Source: Methanocalculaceae archaeon (lineage in GTDB: Archaea; Halobacteriota; Methanomicrobia; Methanomicrobiales; Methanocorpusculaceae). Taken from it: DNA of 64,000 bases. The stretch is taken from contig JAISHD010000019.1 of the NCBI GenBank assembly GCA_031262705.1, forward strand, positions 61-64,060, in the 5' to 3' direction. Under the pieces are notes generated by a model. The model was not told the DNA's origin, searched no databases, and worked only from the letters and a program-made list of their open reading frames with translations. This document shows, piece after piece, positions 50,513-61,286 of this stretch. Every line of letters begins with the position of its first letter. The first letter of the stretch is position 1. The position numbers were made by a program, and so were the translations under genes.

Positions 50513-51076
50513 ATGATTCTGGTAGACTGGGAAATCGCGGATCACATAAAACGCGGATTTATCGGTGTAAACCCGTACGACCCCGCACTCGTACAGCCGA
50601 ACTCACTCGACATCCGCCTCGGCAACCACTTCGTCTGGTACGAACCCTGCAACGACGTCATTGACCCCTACAAAAAAGAAACCATCTTCTCCCACACAAG
50701 CGAATGGAAAAGCTCCTACTTTGACATCATGCCCGGCCAATTCGTCCTTGCCGAAACCCTCGAAACCATCACCCTCCCCGACAACATCGTCTCCTCCATC
50801 GAAGGAAAAAGCAGCGTCGCACGTCTCGGCATCGAACTCCACCAGACCGGCGGCTGGATCGACGCAGGATTTTCCGGAACCATCACCCTGGAAATGTGTA
50901 ACGTCAACTCCCGCCCCGTCCGCGTCTATGCAGGAATGCCGGTCGGCCAGCTCGTTTTCTACGTAACCAAACGCTGTGCCTGCCCCTACGACAAAAAACC
51001 CGACGCAAAGTATCAGAACCAGAAAAACGCAACCATCTCGCGATACGACAAAAACACCCTCCAGAACATCGAATAA
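50513..51076 (+). CDS. dcd: dCTP deaminase
   Basis: [33 protein letters not shown]. Confidence 0.93.
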   Translation: MILVDWEIADHIKRGFIGVNPYDPALVQPNSLDIRLGNHFVWYEPCNDVIDPYKKETIFSHTSEWKSSYFDIMPGQFVLAETLETITLPDNIVSSIEGKSSVARLGIELHQTGGWIDAGFSGTITLEMCNVNSRPVRVYAGMPVGQLVFYVTKRCACPYDKKPDAKYQNQKNATISRYDKNTLQNIE

Positions 51077-51171
51077 AAATAACCAGACCAGACCAGACCC
51101 CTCTTTTTTCGTAACCCCTGCACCACCGGATTCCCAACCCTCATAACCTGCCCCGATCAATATAACAGGAT

Positions 51172-52029
51172 ATGACAGTACTGGCATGCCTCGGAGCCGG
51201 ACGGATCGGCGGAGAAGTGGCCTTCCTTGCAGCCGCTCTCGGTCTCGCCGACGAAATAATTCTGCACGACATGTATGAGCAGGTCCTCACCGCACAAAAA
51301 TTCGACATCACCCACGCAATAGATATCCCGATCTCCTGCGACACAAAACGCCTGCGGGACGCAGACTACTGTGTATTCTCCGCGGGAGCCGCCAGAACCC
51401 CGGAGATCAAAACACGCGCAGATCTCTTCGACGCAAACCTGCCCGTAGCCCGGGAAGCAGCAGACATGCTCTCCGGATTCGGCGGCCACCTCATCGTAGT
51501 CACCAACCCGATGGACGTCTTTACCTGGTACTTCGCAAAACACACCGGCCTTGCACAGGAACAGGTACTCGGATTCGGCGGCCTCCTGGACAGCCGCAGA
51601 TTCTCCCTCGCACTTGCCTCCGCCGGGGTCACCGGCGACGCCCGTGTCCTCGGTGAACACGGCGAACACCAAGTCCCCGTCTTCTCACGCCTGCCAATCA
51701 GCGTCCCAGACACCGTTCGCGAAGAAATACTCACAGACATCCGCGGATCCTCCATGCCGGTCATCAAAGGAAAATCCGGTACAATCTTCGGCCCCGCCTG
51801 GCACATCTGCAGCATGATCAAAGACATCAGAACCGACTCGCACCGGTTAATCACCTGCTCCGTCCCCGCCGATGGAGCCTACAACATAGACGGATGCGCA
51901 CTCGGCCTGCCTATCACCCTCGGCAGAAACGGTGCCGCAATCGACGACTCCTGGACCTTCGACCACTGGGAAGAAACCAAACTCCGCGAAGCCGCAGACT
52001 ACCTCACCGGCCTTTGCAGGAGAGTCTGA
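51172..52029 (+). CDS. Malate/lactate dehydrogenase family protein
   Basis: GAGRIG, SAGAAR, TNPMD, LDSRR, GEHGE. Confidence 0.88.
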   Translation: MTVLACLGAGRIGGEVAFLAAALGLADEIILHDMYEQVLTAQKFDITHAIDIPISCDTKRLRDADYCVFSAGAARTPEIKTRADLFDANLPVAREAADMLSGFGGHLIVVTNPMDVFTWYFAKHTGLAQEQVLGFGGLLDSRRFSLALASAGVTGDARVLGEHGEHQVPVFSRLPISVPDTVREEILTDIRGSSMPVIKGKSGTIFGPAWHICSMIKDIRTDSHRLITCSVPADGAYNIDGCALGLPITLGRNGAAIDDSWTFDHWEETKLREAADYLTGLCRRV

Positions 52030-54446
52030 TGTCAGAGGACGAATCATTCCCGGTAACCATCGCCATCAACCAGGCAGAATACACCAACGCACCCGGCGGA
52101 CCGGTCGTTCACATCTTCGGAAGAACCGCCGAGGGCACCGCCCATCACCTCCAGATCACCGACTTCCGCCCCTACTTCTGGGTCTGGGAAAACGAAGCAG
52201 ACCAGCCCCACCCGGACAACATCGAAGTCACGCAGGACAAAGCAGTCTCCATCAAAGGCGAACCACTCCGCCGCATCTACACCGGAAAACCAACCGACGT
52301 ACGGATCGTGCGTGACCGCTACCACCACTACGAAGCAGACATCCCCTTCGCCACCCGTTTCTTAATCGACACTGGCCTTACCGGCGGCGTTGCAGCACCT
52401 GCCGAAGTATGCAGCTACACCGAACTTGCACCCGCCGTCGTCCACTCAAAACCCCGTGTATGCATGTGCGATATCGAATGCGACGATCGTAACGGATTCC
52501 CCGAACCCGAACGCGACCCAGTAACCTGTCTCACCTGCCACGACTCCTACGACGACCACTACACCACATTCGTCCTCCTCGGTGACACCCGCGTTGACTA
52601 CTACGAACATCCCGGCCTTGCGAACGGCTGTTTCACCCGCGACCACCACACCATCTGCACCTATAATACCGAAAAAGAACTCTTTACCGCATTCATCGCC
52701 TACATTCAGGAAAAAGACCCGGACATCCTCTCCGGCTGGAACTTCGCCGACTTCGACGCCGACTACATCCTCAAACGGTCAGCAGCCCTCGGATTCAAAA
52801 CCGACGCATTCGCACGCCTGTCGGGAGCAACCGAACGAAACGCCATGCGCGGCCGCGTCATCTTCGATCTCTTAACCGCCTACAAAAAAATGCAGGGCAG
52901 CCAGAAAGAATCCTACCGGCTTGACGCCATCGCCGAAGAAGAACTCGGCGAACGAAAAGTCCGTTACACCGGAACACTGGGCGACCTCTGGAACAAAGAC
53001 CCCCTGAAAATGGTTGAGTACAACTTCAAGGACGTAGAGCTGTGCGTCGGCATCAACCGCAAAAACAACATCATCGAATTCTATCAGGAAGTCTCCCGCT
53101 ACGTCGGCTGCCCGCTTGACAAAGCACTCAACTCCTCCAACGTCATCGACATCTATATTCTCCGCAAAGCATCCAGAAAATTCGTCCTCCCTTCCAAAGG
53201 AAACTCCGCCGGAGAAGAGTTTGAAGGAGCAACAGTCTTTGCCGCAAGCAAAGGCGTCAAAGAAAACGTCATTGTGCTCGACTTAAAATCCCTCTACCCG
53301 ATGGCAATGATGACCTTAAACGCCTCGCCCGAGACCAAATCCCCCGACGGAGAGATCCATGCACCAAACGGCATCCGGTTCCTCCGGCAACCGGACGGCC
53401 TCACACGCAGTATCATCAGCGAACTCATGGCAGAACGAGACGACCGCAAAAAACTCCGCAACGACTTCCCCTACGGCTCACAGGAGTACACACTCTACGA
53501 CATGCAGCAGAACGTACTGAAGGTCATCATGAACACCTACTACGGCGTATCCGGATTTTCACGGTTCCGACTCTACGACCGCGACATCGGATCCGCCGTA
53601 ACATCAGTCGGTAGAGCCATCATCCAGCACACCAAAAACATCATCACCGCCCGTGGCTATGAAGTAATCTACGGGGATACCGACTCCTGCTTTGTCCAAC
53701 TGCCGAAGGTCTCTCAGGAAGAAACAATGAAGATAGCCCGAGAACTTGAAGTAGAACTAAACGCAAGCTACATCGACTTCTCCAAAAACTCACTTGCCGC
53801 AGATCAGAACTATTTTTCCATCAAGTTCGAAAAGATCTACCGCAGATTTTTCCAGGGTGGTACAAAGAAGCGGTATGCCGGTCACCTTGTCTGGAAAGAA
53901 GGACAGGACGTTGACAAGATCGACATCACCGGCTTTGAAATGAAACGTTCCGACTCAGCACCTATCACCCGCGAAGTACAGGAACGGGTGCTTGAAATGA
54001 TTCTCAAAGGCAACGGAAAAACCGAGGTCAAAGAGTACCTACCCGAAGTCCTCCGGATGTACCGTGCAGGCCGCTGCCCGCTGAAAAAAGCAGGAATCCC
54101 AAGCGGCATCAATAAATCGCTTGACGACTACATGGTGCTTGACGCACACGGCCGAGGAGCAAAATACTCAAACACGTACATTGGTACCGACTTCAAACGC
54201 GGTAGCAAACCAAAACGGCTCTACATCAAGCGCTCCTATAACCCCGAAAAATACCCGAACACCGATGTCCTCTGCTTCGAGTACCCGGACCAGATACCAA
54301 ACGGAATGTTTGAGATCGACTGGGAAACAATGCTTGAAAAAACCATTCAGGCGCCGCTGACACGGATCTTTGACGCTCTTGGCTGGGATTGGGACGAGTT
54401 TGATCCGACAAAAGCAAAGAAAACCACACTGGATATGTTCTTTTAA
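52029..54446 (+). CDS. polB: Family B DNA polymerase (cellular type)
   Basis: CDIEC, GWNFADFD, DLKSLYP, KVIMNTYYG, YGDTDS, KKRY. Confidence 0.96.
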   Translation: MSEDESFPVTIAINQAEYTNAPGGPVVHIFGRTAEGTAHHLQITDFRPYFWVWENEADQPHPDNIEVTQDKAVSIKGEPLRRIYTGKPTDVRIVRDRYHHYEADIPFATRFLIDTGLTGGVAAPAEVCSYTELAPAVVHSKPRVCMCDIECDDRNGFPEPERDPVTCLTCHDSYDDHYTTFVLLGDTRVDYYEHPGLANGCFTRDHHTICTYNTEKELFTAFIAYIQEKDPDILSGWNFADFDADYILKRSAALGFKTDAFARLSGATERNAMRGRVIFDLLTAYKKMQGSQKESYRLDAIAEEELGERKVRYTGTLGDLWNKDPLKMVEYNFKDVELCVGINRKNNIIEFYQEVSRYVGCPLDKALNSSNVIDIYILRKASRKFVLPSKGNSAGEEFEGATVFAASKGVKENVIVLDLKSLYPMAMMTLNASPETKSPDGEIHAPNGIRFLRQPDGLTRSIISELMAERDDRKKLRNDFPYGSQEYTLYDMQQNVLKVIMNTYYGVSGFSRFRLYDRDIGSAVTSVGRAIIQHTKNIITARGYEVIYGDTDSCFVQLPKVSQEETMKIARELEVELNASYIDFSKNSLAADQNYFSIKFEKIYRRFFQGGTKKRYAGHLVWKEGQDVDKIDITGFEMKRSDSAPITREVQERVLEMILKGNGKTEVKEYLPEVLRMYRAGRCPLKKAGIPSGINKSLDDYMVLDAHGRGAKYSNTYIGTDFKRGSKPKRLYIKRSYNPEKYPNTDVLCFEYPDQIPNGMFEIDWETMLEKTIQAPLTRIFDALGWDWDEFDPTKAKKTTLDMFF

Positions 54447-54825
54447 GACAGGCGGGCAAAACAATTTTCCCGGGGAAATATCTCCCCAGACATTTTATTA
54501 TTGATATATTGGAAAGACTGGTATGGATGGGAACGTGTTGGAACCGGGAAGTAAAAGGTTCGTGTCACAGTCTCGTGGAGGATTCATGGATAAGTACAGA
54601 ACTCTGGTGGTTTTTGTATGGTATCACTCCTAGGAAGGGAATGCTGTGGTGCCTCATTCCTGCCTAATAGATACATTCACCTCTAAAGTATTAAACTTCG
54701 GGAATGTACTCAAAAACCACAGTGGATATGTGGGACCGGAGAACTTCTGACAGTAATCTGTTCGCCACAGTCCCAATCAACCACCGAGTTCAGGTTTAAT
54801 ATCGTTTCACCGCCCACATGTAATC

Positions 54826-56154
54826 ATGGTTTCTGACGAAATCGACGCTGTTCTCTCACAGCTTGAGGACGATAATGTACGATCGGTTCTCCTTCAGTTC
54901 TCGGACCTGGAGGGAAAACCGAAAAATGTCGCGATTCCGACGAAACAAATGAAGAAGGCTCTGACCGACGGTATCAGCTTCGACGGATCATCCATTCAGG
55001 GATTTGCAAGATTGGAAGAATCAGACATGCTGCTCCGTCCGGATCCTGCCACCTACCAGATCATCCCCTGGTCGGACGAAAAGTTCCGGGCTGCGCGGTT
55101 CATCTGTGACGTGTACACAACGCGCGGCGAACCGTTTGCAGGCGACCCGCGCAACATTCTGCGCACCCAGATAGAAAAAGCAGCAGAACTCGGTTACACC
55201 TTCAACGTGGGACCCGAAATGGAGTTCTTCCTCTTCCGGCTGGTTGACGGCCACGCATCCGTCAACCTCCAGGATCACAGCGGCTACTTTGATCAGACCC
55301 CGACCGACCCCGGAGAAGATGTCCGGCGCGACCTAGTAATATCACTCTCGGAGATGGGATTCAACATCGAAGCATCACATCATGAAGTCGCCCCAAGCCA
55401 GCACGAGATCGACTTCACCTACGGCGACGCACTCGGCATGGCCGACAAAGTCGTGACCTTCAAATTCGCCGCAAAAACCCTCGCCTTAAAGCGCGGCCTG
55501 CACGCAACCTTCATGCCAAAACCCATCTTCGGCATCAACGGCTCCGGCATGCACGTCAACTGCTCACTGATGAAGGACGCAAAAAACGCATTCTTCGATC
55601 CAAACGGCGACCATCAGCTCTCTGACACCGCGCGCCACTTCATCGCAGGTCTCCTGAAACACATCGACGGCATCACCCGCATCGCAAATCCGACGGTCAA
55701 CTCCTACAAGCGTTTGATTCCCGGATACGAAGCACCGGTCTATGTCGGCTGGTCTGCCTTAAACCGCTCCGCCCTTATCCGCGTACCCTCATCACGTGGG
55801 AAAAGCACCCGTGCCGAACTGCGCAGTCCCGACCCTACCTGCAATCCGTACCTTACCTTTGCCGTGATGCTTGTTGCGGGAATAGACGGTGTCATTAACA
55901 AAATCGAACCGCCGGAGAACATCGACAAAAACATCTTCCGGATGACCCCTGCCGAACGTACAGCCGAAGGAATCCGCTGTCTCCCATGGAATCTACAGGA
56001 AGCAAACAACGCGCTCATGCAGGATGAATTGCTCTGCAGCGTCTTAGGCGAACACGTCGTTGCCCAGATCAACCGCATCGGCGAACTGGAATGGGCAGAC
56101 TACTCCCGCGCCATCACCGACTGGGAGATCAAACGATATCTACCGAACTACTAA
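54826..56154 (+). CDS. glnA: Glutamine synthetase type I
   Basis: FDGSSI, GPEMEFF, HHEVAPSQHE, NGSGMH, PGYEAP, NRSALIR, ELRSPD. Confidence 0.96.
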   Translation: MVSDEIDAVLSQLEDDNVRSVLLQFSDLEGKPKNVAIPTKQMKKALTDGISFDGSSIQGFARLEESDMLLRPDPATYQIIPWSDEKFRAARFICDVYTTRGEPFAGDPRNILRTQIEKAAELGYTFNVGPEMEFFLFRLVDGHASVNLQDHSGYFDQTPTDPGEDVRRDLVISLSEMGFNIEASHHEVAPSQHEIDFTYGDALGMADKVVTFKFAAKTLALKRGLHATFMPKPIFGINGSGMHVNCSLMKDAKNAFFDPNGDHQLSDTARHFIAGLLKHIDGITRIANPTVNSYKRLIPGYEAPVYVGWSALNRSALIRVPSSRGKSTRAELRSPDPTCNPYLTFAVMLVAGIDGVINKIEPPENIDKNIFRMTPAERTAEGIRCLPWNLQEANNALMQDELLCSVLGEHVVAQINRIGELEWADYSRAITDWEIKRYLPNY

Positions 56155-56219
56155 CACTCTTTTTATCCAACCAAGATCAGAAAAACGATCATCCTCGCCA
56201 AAAAAATGATTCAGATGAG

Positions 56220-58064
56220 TTAATCCTCACCGTAAAAACCGTGGTTCCCGGTACGCGGGCTTCTCCGGTCAAAACTGCGGCGGTCACCACCCCGACGATC
56301 GCCGGAGCGGAAACTACCATTGCCGCTGCGGTTGGTATAGCCACCGCGACTGCCGCCGTAGGATCTGCGGTCACCGGAACAATCACTGCTGCGGAACGAG
56401 CGCTCACGATCGCGTTTCTCTTCCTCACGCTCGGATCTCGGCGTTGCCGTCTGAATCTCCAGCTCCTGACCACGGATAGTCTTCTGGCTCATAGTTTCAA
56501 GAACAGCTACCGCATGCTCCAGTGGGACCTCAACAAACGAGTAGTTTCCGTACAGATCGATCCTTCCGATACAGCTTCCCGGAATGTTGCATTCGCCGGC
56601 GAACGCACCGACAATATCCTTCGGACGAAACTGCTGGTTCTTGCCAAGCGTAATTCTGAATCTGACCATGCCAGGCTCTGCTCCCGTGCTCTCAAAGGAA
56701 CCGGGTTCTGCCTGTGACACAGCTAATGCGGATTCGCCATTCTCTGCGGAGCCGTTCTTGCCGGTATCAAGATGCATCTTCAGAAGAGCCGCTGCAACCT
56801 CAATACTCGTAATCTCCGAGTCATCCTCGGTCTCAAGCAGCTGTTCAACCATCGGCAGATACTTCTCAAGATTTCCTGCGGTCATCACCGCACGAACCTT
56901 ATCAAGGAACATCTGCATCTTCATCTCCGCAACATCGTCCAGCGACGGCAGGGGGGTCTTCGCAATCTTGATCTTTGCATACCGCTGAATATCGCGGAGC
57001 TTATAGATCTCGCGCGGTGCAACAAACGTCACCGACTTTCCGGTTCTGCCTGCACGCCCGGTTCTGCCGATCCGGTGCACATAATATTCCACATCCTGCG
57101 GAACATCATAGTTGAACACCATATCGACATCATCCACATCAATACCGCGGGCTGCAACATCCGTTGCAATCAGCACATCAATGGAACCTCCGCGAAAACG
57201 TGCCATCACGCGGTCGCGCTGCATCTGCTTCATATCGCCGTGCAGAGCTTCCACAAAATAACCCCGTGCCGAAAGACGGCTCATCAGATCGTCAACCGTT
57301 CGCTTCGTATTGCAGAACACCAGCGCTAACTCCGGATTGTTCATATCCAGCAGCCGGCACAGCGCCTCAAACTTGTCGCGTTCACGGACCTCAATATAGG
57401 TCTGCTCAATTTGCGGCACTGTCAGTTCGCGGCGCGTAATCTTCACAAACTGCGGATCATGCTGGAACCTGCGCGTTATGTCAAGAATCGGTGCCGGCAT
57501 CGTTGCCGAAAACAGAATTGTCTGGCGATCCTCCGGCGTGTGCTGGAAGATATCCTCGATATCCTCGCGGAAACCCATGTCCAGCATCTGATCAGCTTCA
57601 TCAAGCACGAACATCCGAACCGAATCAAGGTTCAGTGTTCCGCGTTTCAGATGATCAATAACCCGTCCCGGGGTTCCAATAACCACCTGAACAGAACCGC
57701 GAAGCACCTTTAACTGGCGCTCAATCGGCTGTCCACCATAGATCGGAACAACACTCAGTCCCTTTTTGTATTTCATCAGCCGGGAAAACTCCTCGGCTGT
57801 CTGTATTGCAAGTTCCCTAGTCGGTGAGAGCACTAACGCCTGCACCGATTTGTTATCTGGATCAAGCCCCTCGATAATTGGAATCCCGAACGCCGCCGTT
57901 TTCCCCGTACCCGTCTGAGCCTGCCCTGTTACATCGTTCCCCTCAAGAATCTGCGGAATTGCCATTGCCTGAATCGGCGTTGGCTCCTCAAATCCCATAT
58001 CCTCAATTGCCTGAAGAAGCTCTTCAGAAATTGCGAACTCCGCGAATGTTTTCGTATCCTCCAT
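56220..58064 (-). CDS. DEAD-box RNA helicase (DeaD/CshA-like, DbpA RBD, RG-rich tail)
   Basis: AQTGTGKT, PTRELA, DEAD, SAT, HRIGRTGR. Confidence 0.95.
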   Translation of the reverse strand: MEDTKTFAEFAISEELLQAIEDMGFEEPTPIQAMAIPQILEGNDVTGQAQTGTGKTAAFGIPIIEGLDPDNKSVQALVLSPTRELAIQTAEEFSRLMKYKKGLSVVPIYGGQPIERQLKVLRGSVQVVIGTPGRVIDHLKRGTLNLDSVRMFVLDEADQMLDMGFREDIEDIFQHTPEDRQTILFSATMPAPILDITRRFQHDPQFVKITRRELTVPQIEQTYIEVRERDKFEALCRLLDMNNPELALVFCNTKRTVDDLMSRLSARGYFVEALHGDMKQMQRDRVMARFRGGSIDVLIATDVAARGIDVDDVDMVFNYDVPQDVEYYVHRIGRTGRAGRTGKSVTFVAPREIYKLRDIQRYAKIKIAKTPLPSLDDVAEMKMQMFLDKVRAVMTAGNLEKYLPMVEQLLETEDDSEITSIEVAAALLKMHLDTGKNGSAENGESALAVSQAEPGSFESTGAEPGMVRFRITLGKNQQFRPKDIVGAFAGECNIPGSCIGRIDLYGNYSFVEVPLEHAVAVLETMSQKTIRGQELEIQTATPRSEREEEKRDRERSFRSSDCSGDRRSYGGSRGGYTNRSGNGSFRSGDRRGGDRRSFDRRSPRTGNHGFYGED

Positions 58065-58253
58065 TCGCAATATAATAGGAGGGCTGAGGATATATAGTAA
58101 ACCGGGTTTGGGAGCGGTGTACCTTTATGTCCGACCCCCTCCATGAATCACAAGCCCTCAAGCTTGCAATTATTCGTGGATGTTCTGACTTTATGGGCAA
58201 CGCTGACGGAACCCCAGATTAGAAATAGCAATCCTGACGAATGAGAATATTAT

Positions 58254-59357
58254 ATGGAGGATGTCTATATCGCCCGTTCTGGGGCACTTTCTGCCAAGCG
58301 CAACACTGAAAGCAAAATTCAGGCGCTCTGCACGGCAGCAGGACTTGAGACCATGGTCTCTGAAGGTGACCTTACCGCAGTCAAGGTACACTTCGGTGAG
58401 CGCGGAAACGATGCATTCGTCAGCGCCCTGCATGTTGCAAGTATTGTGCGCCAAGTAAAGGACGTGGGAGCAAAACCATTCCTGACCGATACAAACACCT
58501 TGTATCTGGGAGGACGCAGAAACGCCATAGATCACATCAGGACCGCACTCTCCCACGGATTCTGTTTTCCCGTAACCGACTGTCCGGTAATCATTGCCGA
58601 TGGTCTCAAGGGAACAAACGCCAAAGAGGTCGAGGTGTACGGAAAACACTTCGACTCAGTAAAAATCGCGGCAGATATCGTTGCCGCCGACAGCATGGTT
58701 GTGGTCTCCCACTTCAAGGGCCATGAAGTTGCAGGATTCGGCGGAGCTCTCAAAAACCTCGGCATGGGATGCGCCTCGGACGAGGGAAAACGCGAACAGC
58801 ACACCACCCACCCGTTCCTCAAAAAAGATACCTGTATCATCTGCGGTGCCTGCATCAATGCATGCCCTGAATTCTGCATCAATCTCGGCGACAAAGAGAT
58901 CGTCATCGATATTGAACACTGCATCGGTTGCCTGATGTGCATGAACACCTGTCCGAAGCATGCAATCGACATTGACTGGAAGGATGACGGGATCGTGTTC
59001 GTGGAAAGGATGATCGAGTACGCCGCAGGAGCAGTTGCAAACAAGACGGGTAAAGCATTCTATATCAGTTTCCTGACCAACATCACACCGCACTGCGACT
59101 GCACGCCATGGAATGACATCCCGATCGTCCCTGACATTGGTATTCTCGCATCCCGCGATCCGGTAGCACTGGACAAAGCCTGCTACGATCTGGTCAACAA
59201 TGCAGAGGGAATCTTTGGCAGCCTCCTGCCCGATCATCACCATGAAGGCGAGGAGAAGTTCACCCGCGTCTGGCCGGGAACCCGGCCGGACCTGCAGTTC
59301 ATCTATGCCGAAGAGATGGGACTTGGTCGGGCAGAGTACCGGTTAAAGGAGATTTAA
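58254..59357 (+). CDS. DUF362 domain protein with 4Fe-4S dicluster
   Basis: VKVHFGE, SHFKGH, KNLGMGC, two CxxCxxCxxxC, HCDC, DPVALD. Confidence 0.88.
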   Translation: MEDVYIARSGALSAKRNTESKIQALCTAAGLETMVSEGDLTAVKVHFGERGNDAFVSALHVASIVRQVKDVGAKPFLTDTNTLYLGGRRNAIDHIRTALSHGFCFPVTDCPVIIADGLKGTNAKEVEVYGKHFDSVKIAADIVAADSMVVVSHFKGHEVAGFGGALKNLGMGCASDEGKREQHTTHPFLKKDTCIICGACINACPEFCINLGDKEIVIDIEHCIGCLMCMNTCPKHAIDIDWKDDGIVFVERMIEYAAGAVANKTGKAFYISFLTNITPHCDCTPWNDIPIVPDIGILASRDPVALDKACYDLVNNAEGIFGSLLPDHHHEGEEKFTRVWPGTRPDLQFIYAEEMGLGRAEYRLKEI

Positions 59358-59492
59358 GTTGGAGTGTTCGCAAGTATCCTCGACATCCGAATATTTTTCG
59401 GTTTTTCTCAATATATGCCCTTCATTTAAATAGATGTAAAGTCTGTTCGACGAACAGCCTTATTGCAGAGTGTACTCTAACAAGTACACTCA

Positions 59493-60710
59493 ATGGAGTT
59501 CAAACCGCGCTTAGGTGCCATGCCGCTTATGGTGACGCTGCTGATGCTCATAGCGCCGGTGATCAACTCTTATGTTGTCGGGACAGTGGTCATTCTTCTG
59601 TCCATAATTCTCTATACCATACATAAAACCCATTATCTTGCAATATCCGTTGCAGTTCTTGCCCTGCTGTACGGAATCGGTTTCATCCCCGTCACCACAT
59701 TTCTCGGACCCATGATGATGATGGTCTGGGGAGAGTATCTCGCCCGCAAACTGCGGGACTATGTCCCGGAAACGCTGGCGTTTACCGTTGGTGCAATTCT
59801 TGGTATTGTTGTAACAATGTTCCGCTGTATGCAGATCGACAGCCTAGTCGCAATCATCGCGGTTGTCGTGCTGCTCATGCTGCGCAGTATCCTCACCGAC
59901 CGAGAGGATGCAGGAATGATCGGACTCTTGGGTGTTGCAATGACCATTCCCCTCTTCTTCGATCTGGAATTCACCTATGACGCAATAATGCTCGCCCTAG
60001 CTGTCGTGATCTGTGCAGGATTTGCCTACTTTGCCTACCGGGAAAAAACGGTCGATGCAAGCGGTGTGTTTGCTGCTGTTCTGTTTGGCATTATCCTCAT
60101 CACGTTTGCAGGAGTCCCCTGGTTCCTCGTGGTTATCAGCTTTTTCATTCTGGGATCGTTCTTTACCAAATACCGGTACGCAGAAAAGGTCTTCCTCGGT
60201 GTTGAACAGGGCAAAAGCGGACGTCGGGGATATATGAACGTATTTGCCAACGCACTCGTCGGCGTTGCCGGTGCAATTCTCTTCGGCATCACCGGAAACG
60301 AAATCTTTGCTGCACTCTTCCTCGGCTGCATTGCAACCGCAACCGCCGACACCCTCGCAAGCGAGATAGGTGTCACCGGCGGAACCCCGTACATGATCAC
60401 AACGCTCCGTCCGGTTCCTGCCGGAACAAACGGTGGGGTAACCGTTCTTGGTGAGCTGGCCTGCCTGTTCGGCGCAACAATCATCTGTGGACTTGCATTT
60501 CTGTTAGAAGTTGCTCCCTGGTATGTATGCCTGATAGGCATTGCCGCAGGATTTTTCGGCACCAACATGGACAGTCTGATCGGTGCACTGATCGAAAACA
60601 AAGGTGTCATCGGCAACTCCGGAACAAACCTGCTTGCAACACTTTCCGGCGGTCTGTTCGCTATGGCGGTTTACTGGATCTGCATGACGGCAGCAAACCT
60701 TCTCTTCTGA
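59493..60710 (+). CDS. DUF92/TIGR00297 family membrane protein
   Basis: RGYMNVFAN, ADTLASEIG, GTNGGVTVLG, DSLIGA. Confidence 0.88.
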   Translation: MEFKPRLGAMPLMVTLLMLIAPVINSYVVGTVVILLSIILYTIHKTHYLAISVAVLALLYGIGFIPVTTFLGPMMMMVWGEYLARKLRDYVPETLAFTVGAILGIVVTMFRCMQIDSLVAIIAVVVLLMLRSILTDREDAGMIGLLGVAMTIPLFFDLEFTYDAIMLALAVVICAGFAYFAYREKTVDASGVFAAVLFGIILITFAGVPWFLVVISFFILGSFFTKYRYAEKVFLGVEQGKSGRRGYMNVFANALVGVAGAILFGITGNEIFAALFLGCIATATADTLASEIGVTGGTPYMITTLRPVPAGTNGGVTVLGELACLFGATIICGLAFLLEVAPWYVCLIGIAAGFFGTNMDSLIGALIENKGVIGNSGTNLLATLSGGLFAMAVYWICMTAANLLF

Positions 60711-60782
60711 ATGTGCGTGCGAGAAACCACAAACCCCACATTAAAATGGATGCGGGACGGATTAGTATTGGGATAAGATACG

Positions 60783-61286
60783 GTGCAGATATCACTACGA
60801 CTTGAACTCAACGACAAGCCGGGGCAGCTGCTTGCAGCAATTAAACCGGTTTCCGACAGCGGTGCGAATATTATCTCTATCATGCACCAGCGCGGTGCAG
60901 AAACGAGCAACGGAACCCTGATCGTGGACATTGTGGTGTCGCTCCCGCAGAACCGTCTGGAACAGCTGAAGACTGCACTTGCCGCAAACGGGATTGAGAT
61001 TATCCGTGTGGGAACAGAACATCTAACCTGTACCAAGACATTCATTTTAATCGGCCATATTCTGCACACCGATTTAACGGACACCGTCAATCGTATCGAC
61101 AAGGCAAACATTGCCGAAGTGACCGAACTGCACATCATCATGCCGCACATAACCCAGCCTTCCACCGCAAAACTAACCATCAAAGCCGCGGGAACTGCAG
61201 AGATGAAACAGGCGTTTGAGATTCTGATGAAGATTGCCGAGGAGAAACACCTTCTGATCGTCGATGAAATGGAGGAGGAGCCGTGA
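60783..61286 (+). CDS. ACT-domain amino-acid-binding protein coupled to homoserine dehydrogenase
   Basis: ELNDKPGQLL, GANIISIMH, LIGHI; stop overlaps the hom start. Confidence 0.82.
   Translation: MQISLRLELNDKPGQLLAAIKPVSDSGANIISIMHQRGAETSNGTLIVDIVVSLPQNRLEQLKTALAANGIEIIRVGTEHLTCTKTFILIGHILHTDLTDTVNRIDKANIAEVTELHIIMPHITQPSTAKLTIKAAGTAEMKQAFEILMKIAEEKHLLIVDEMEEEP

Noticed and set aside
27761-54446. Casposon (Cas1 + Cas4 + family B polymerase)
   Set aside because: The three genes are spread over 27 kb among core genes, PolB looks like the cellular type coupled to mdh, Cas1 is catalytically degenerate, and I saw no terminal inverted repeats.
54480-54825. NrpR operator or sRNA upstream of glnA
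   Set aside because: I could not find a GGAA-N6-TTCC match or a convincing conserved structure by eye.
56220-56420. RG/DRR low-complexity repeats at the end of the helicase
   Set aside because: Ordinary basic C-terminal tail of DEAD-box helicases.
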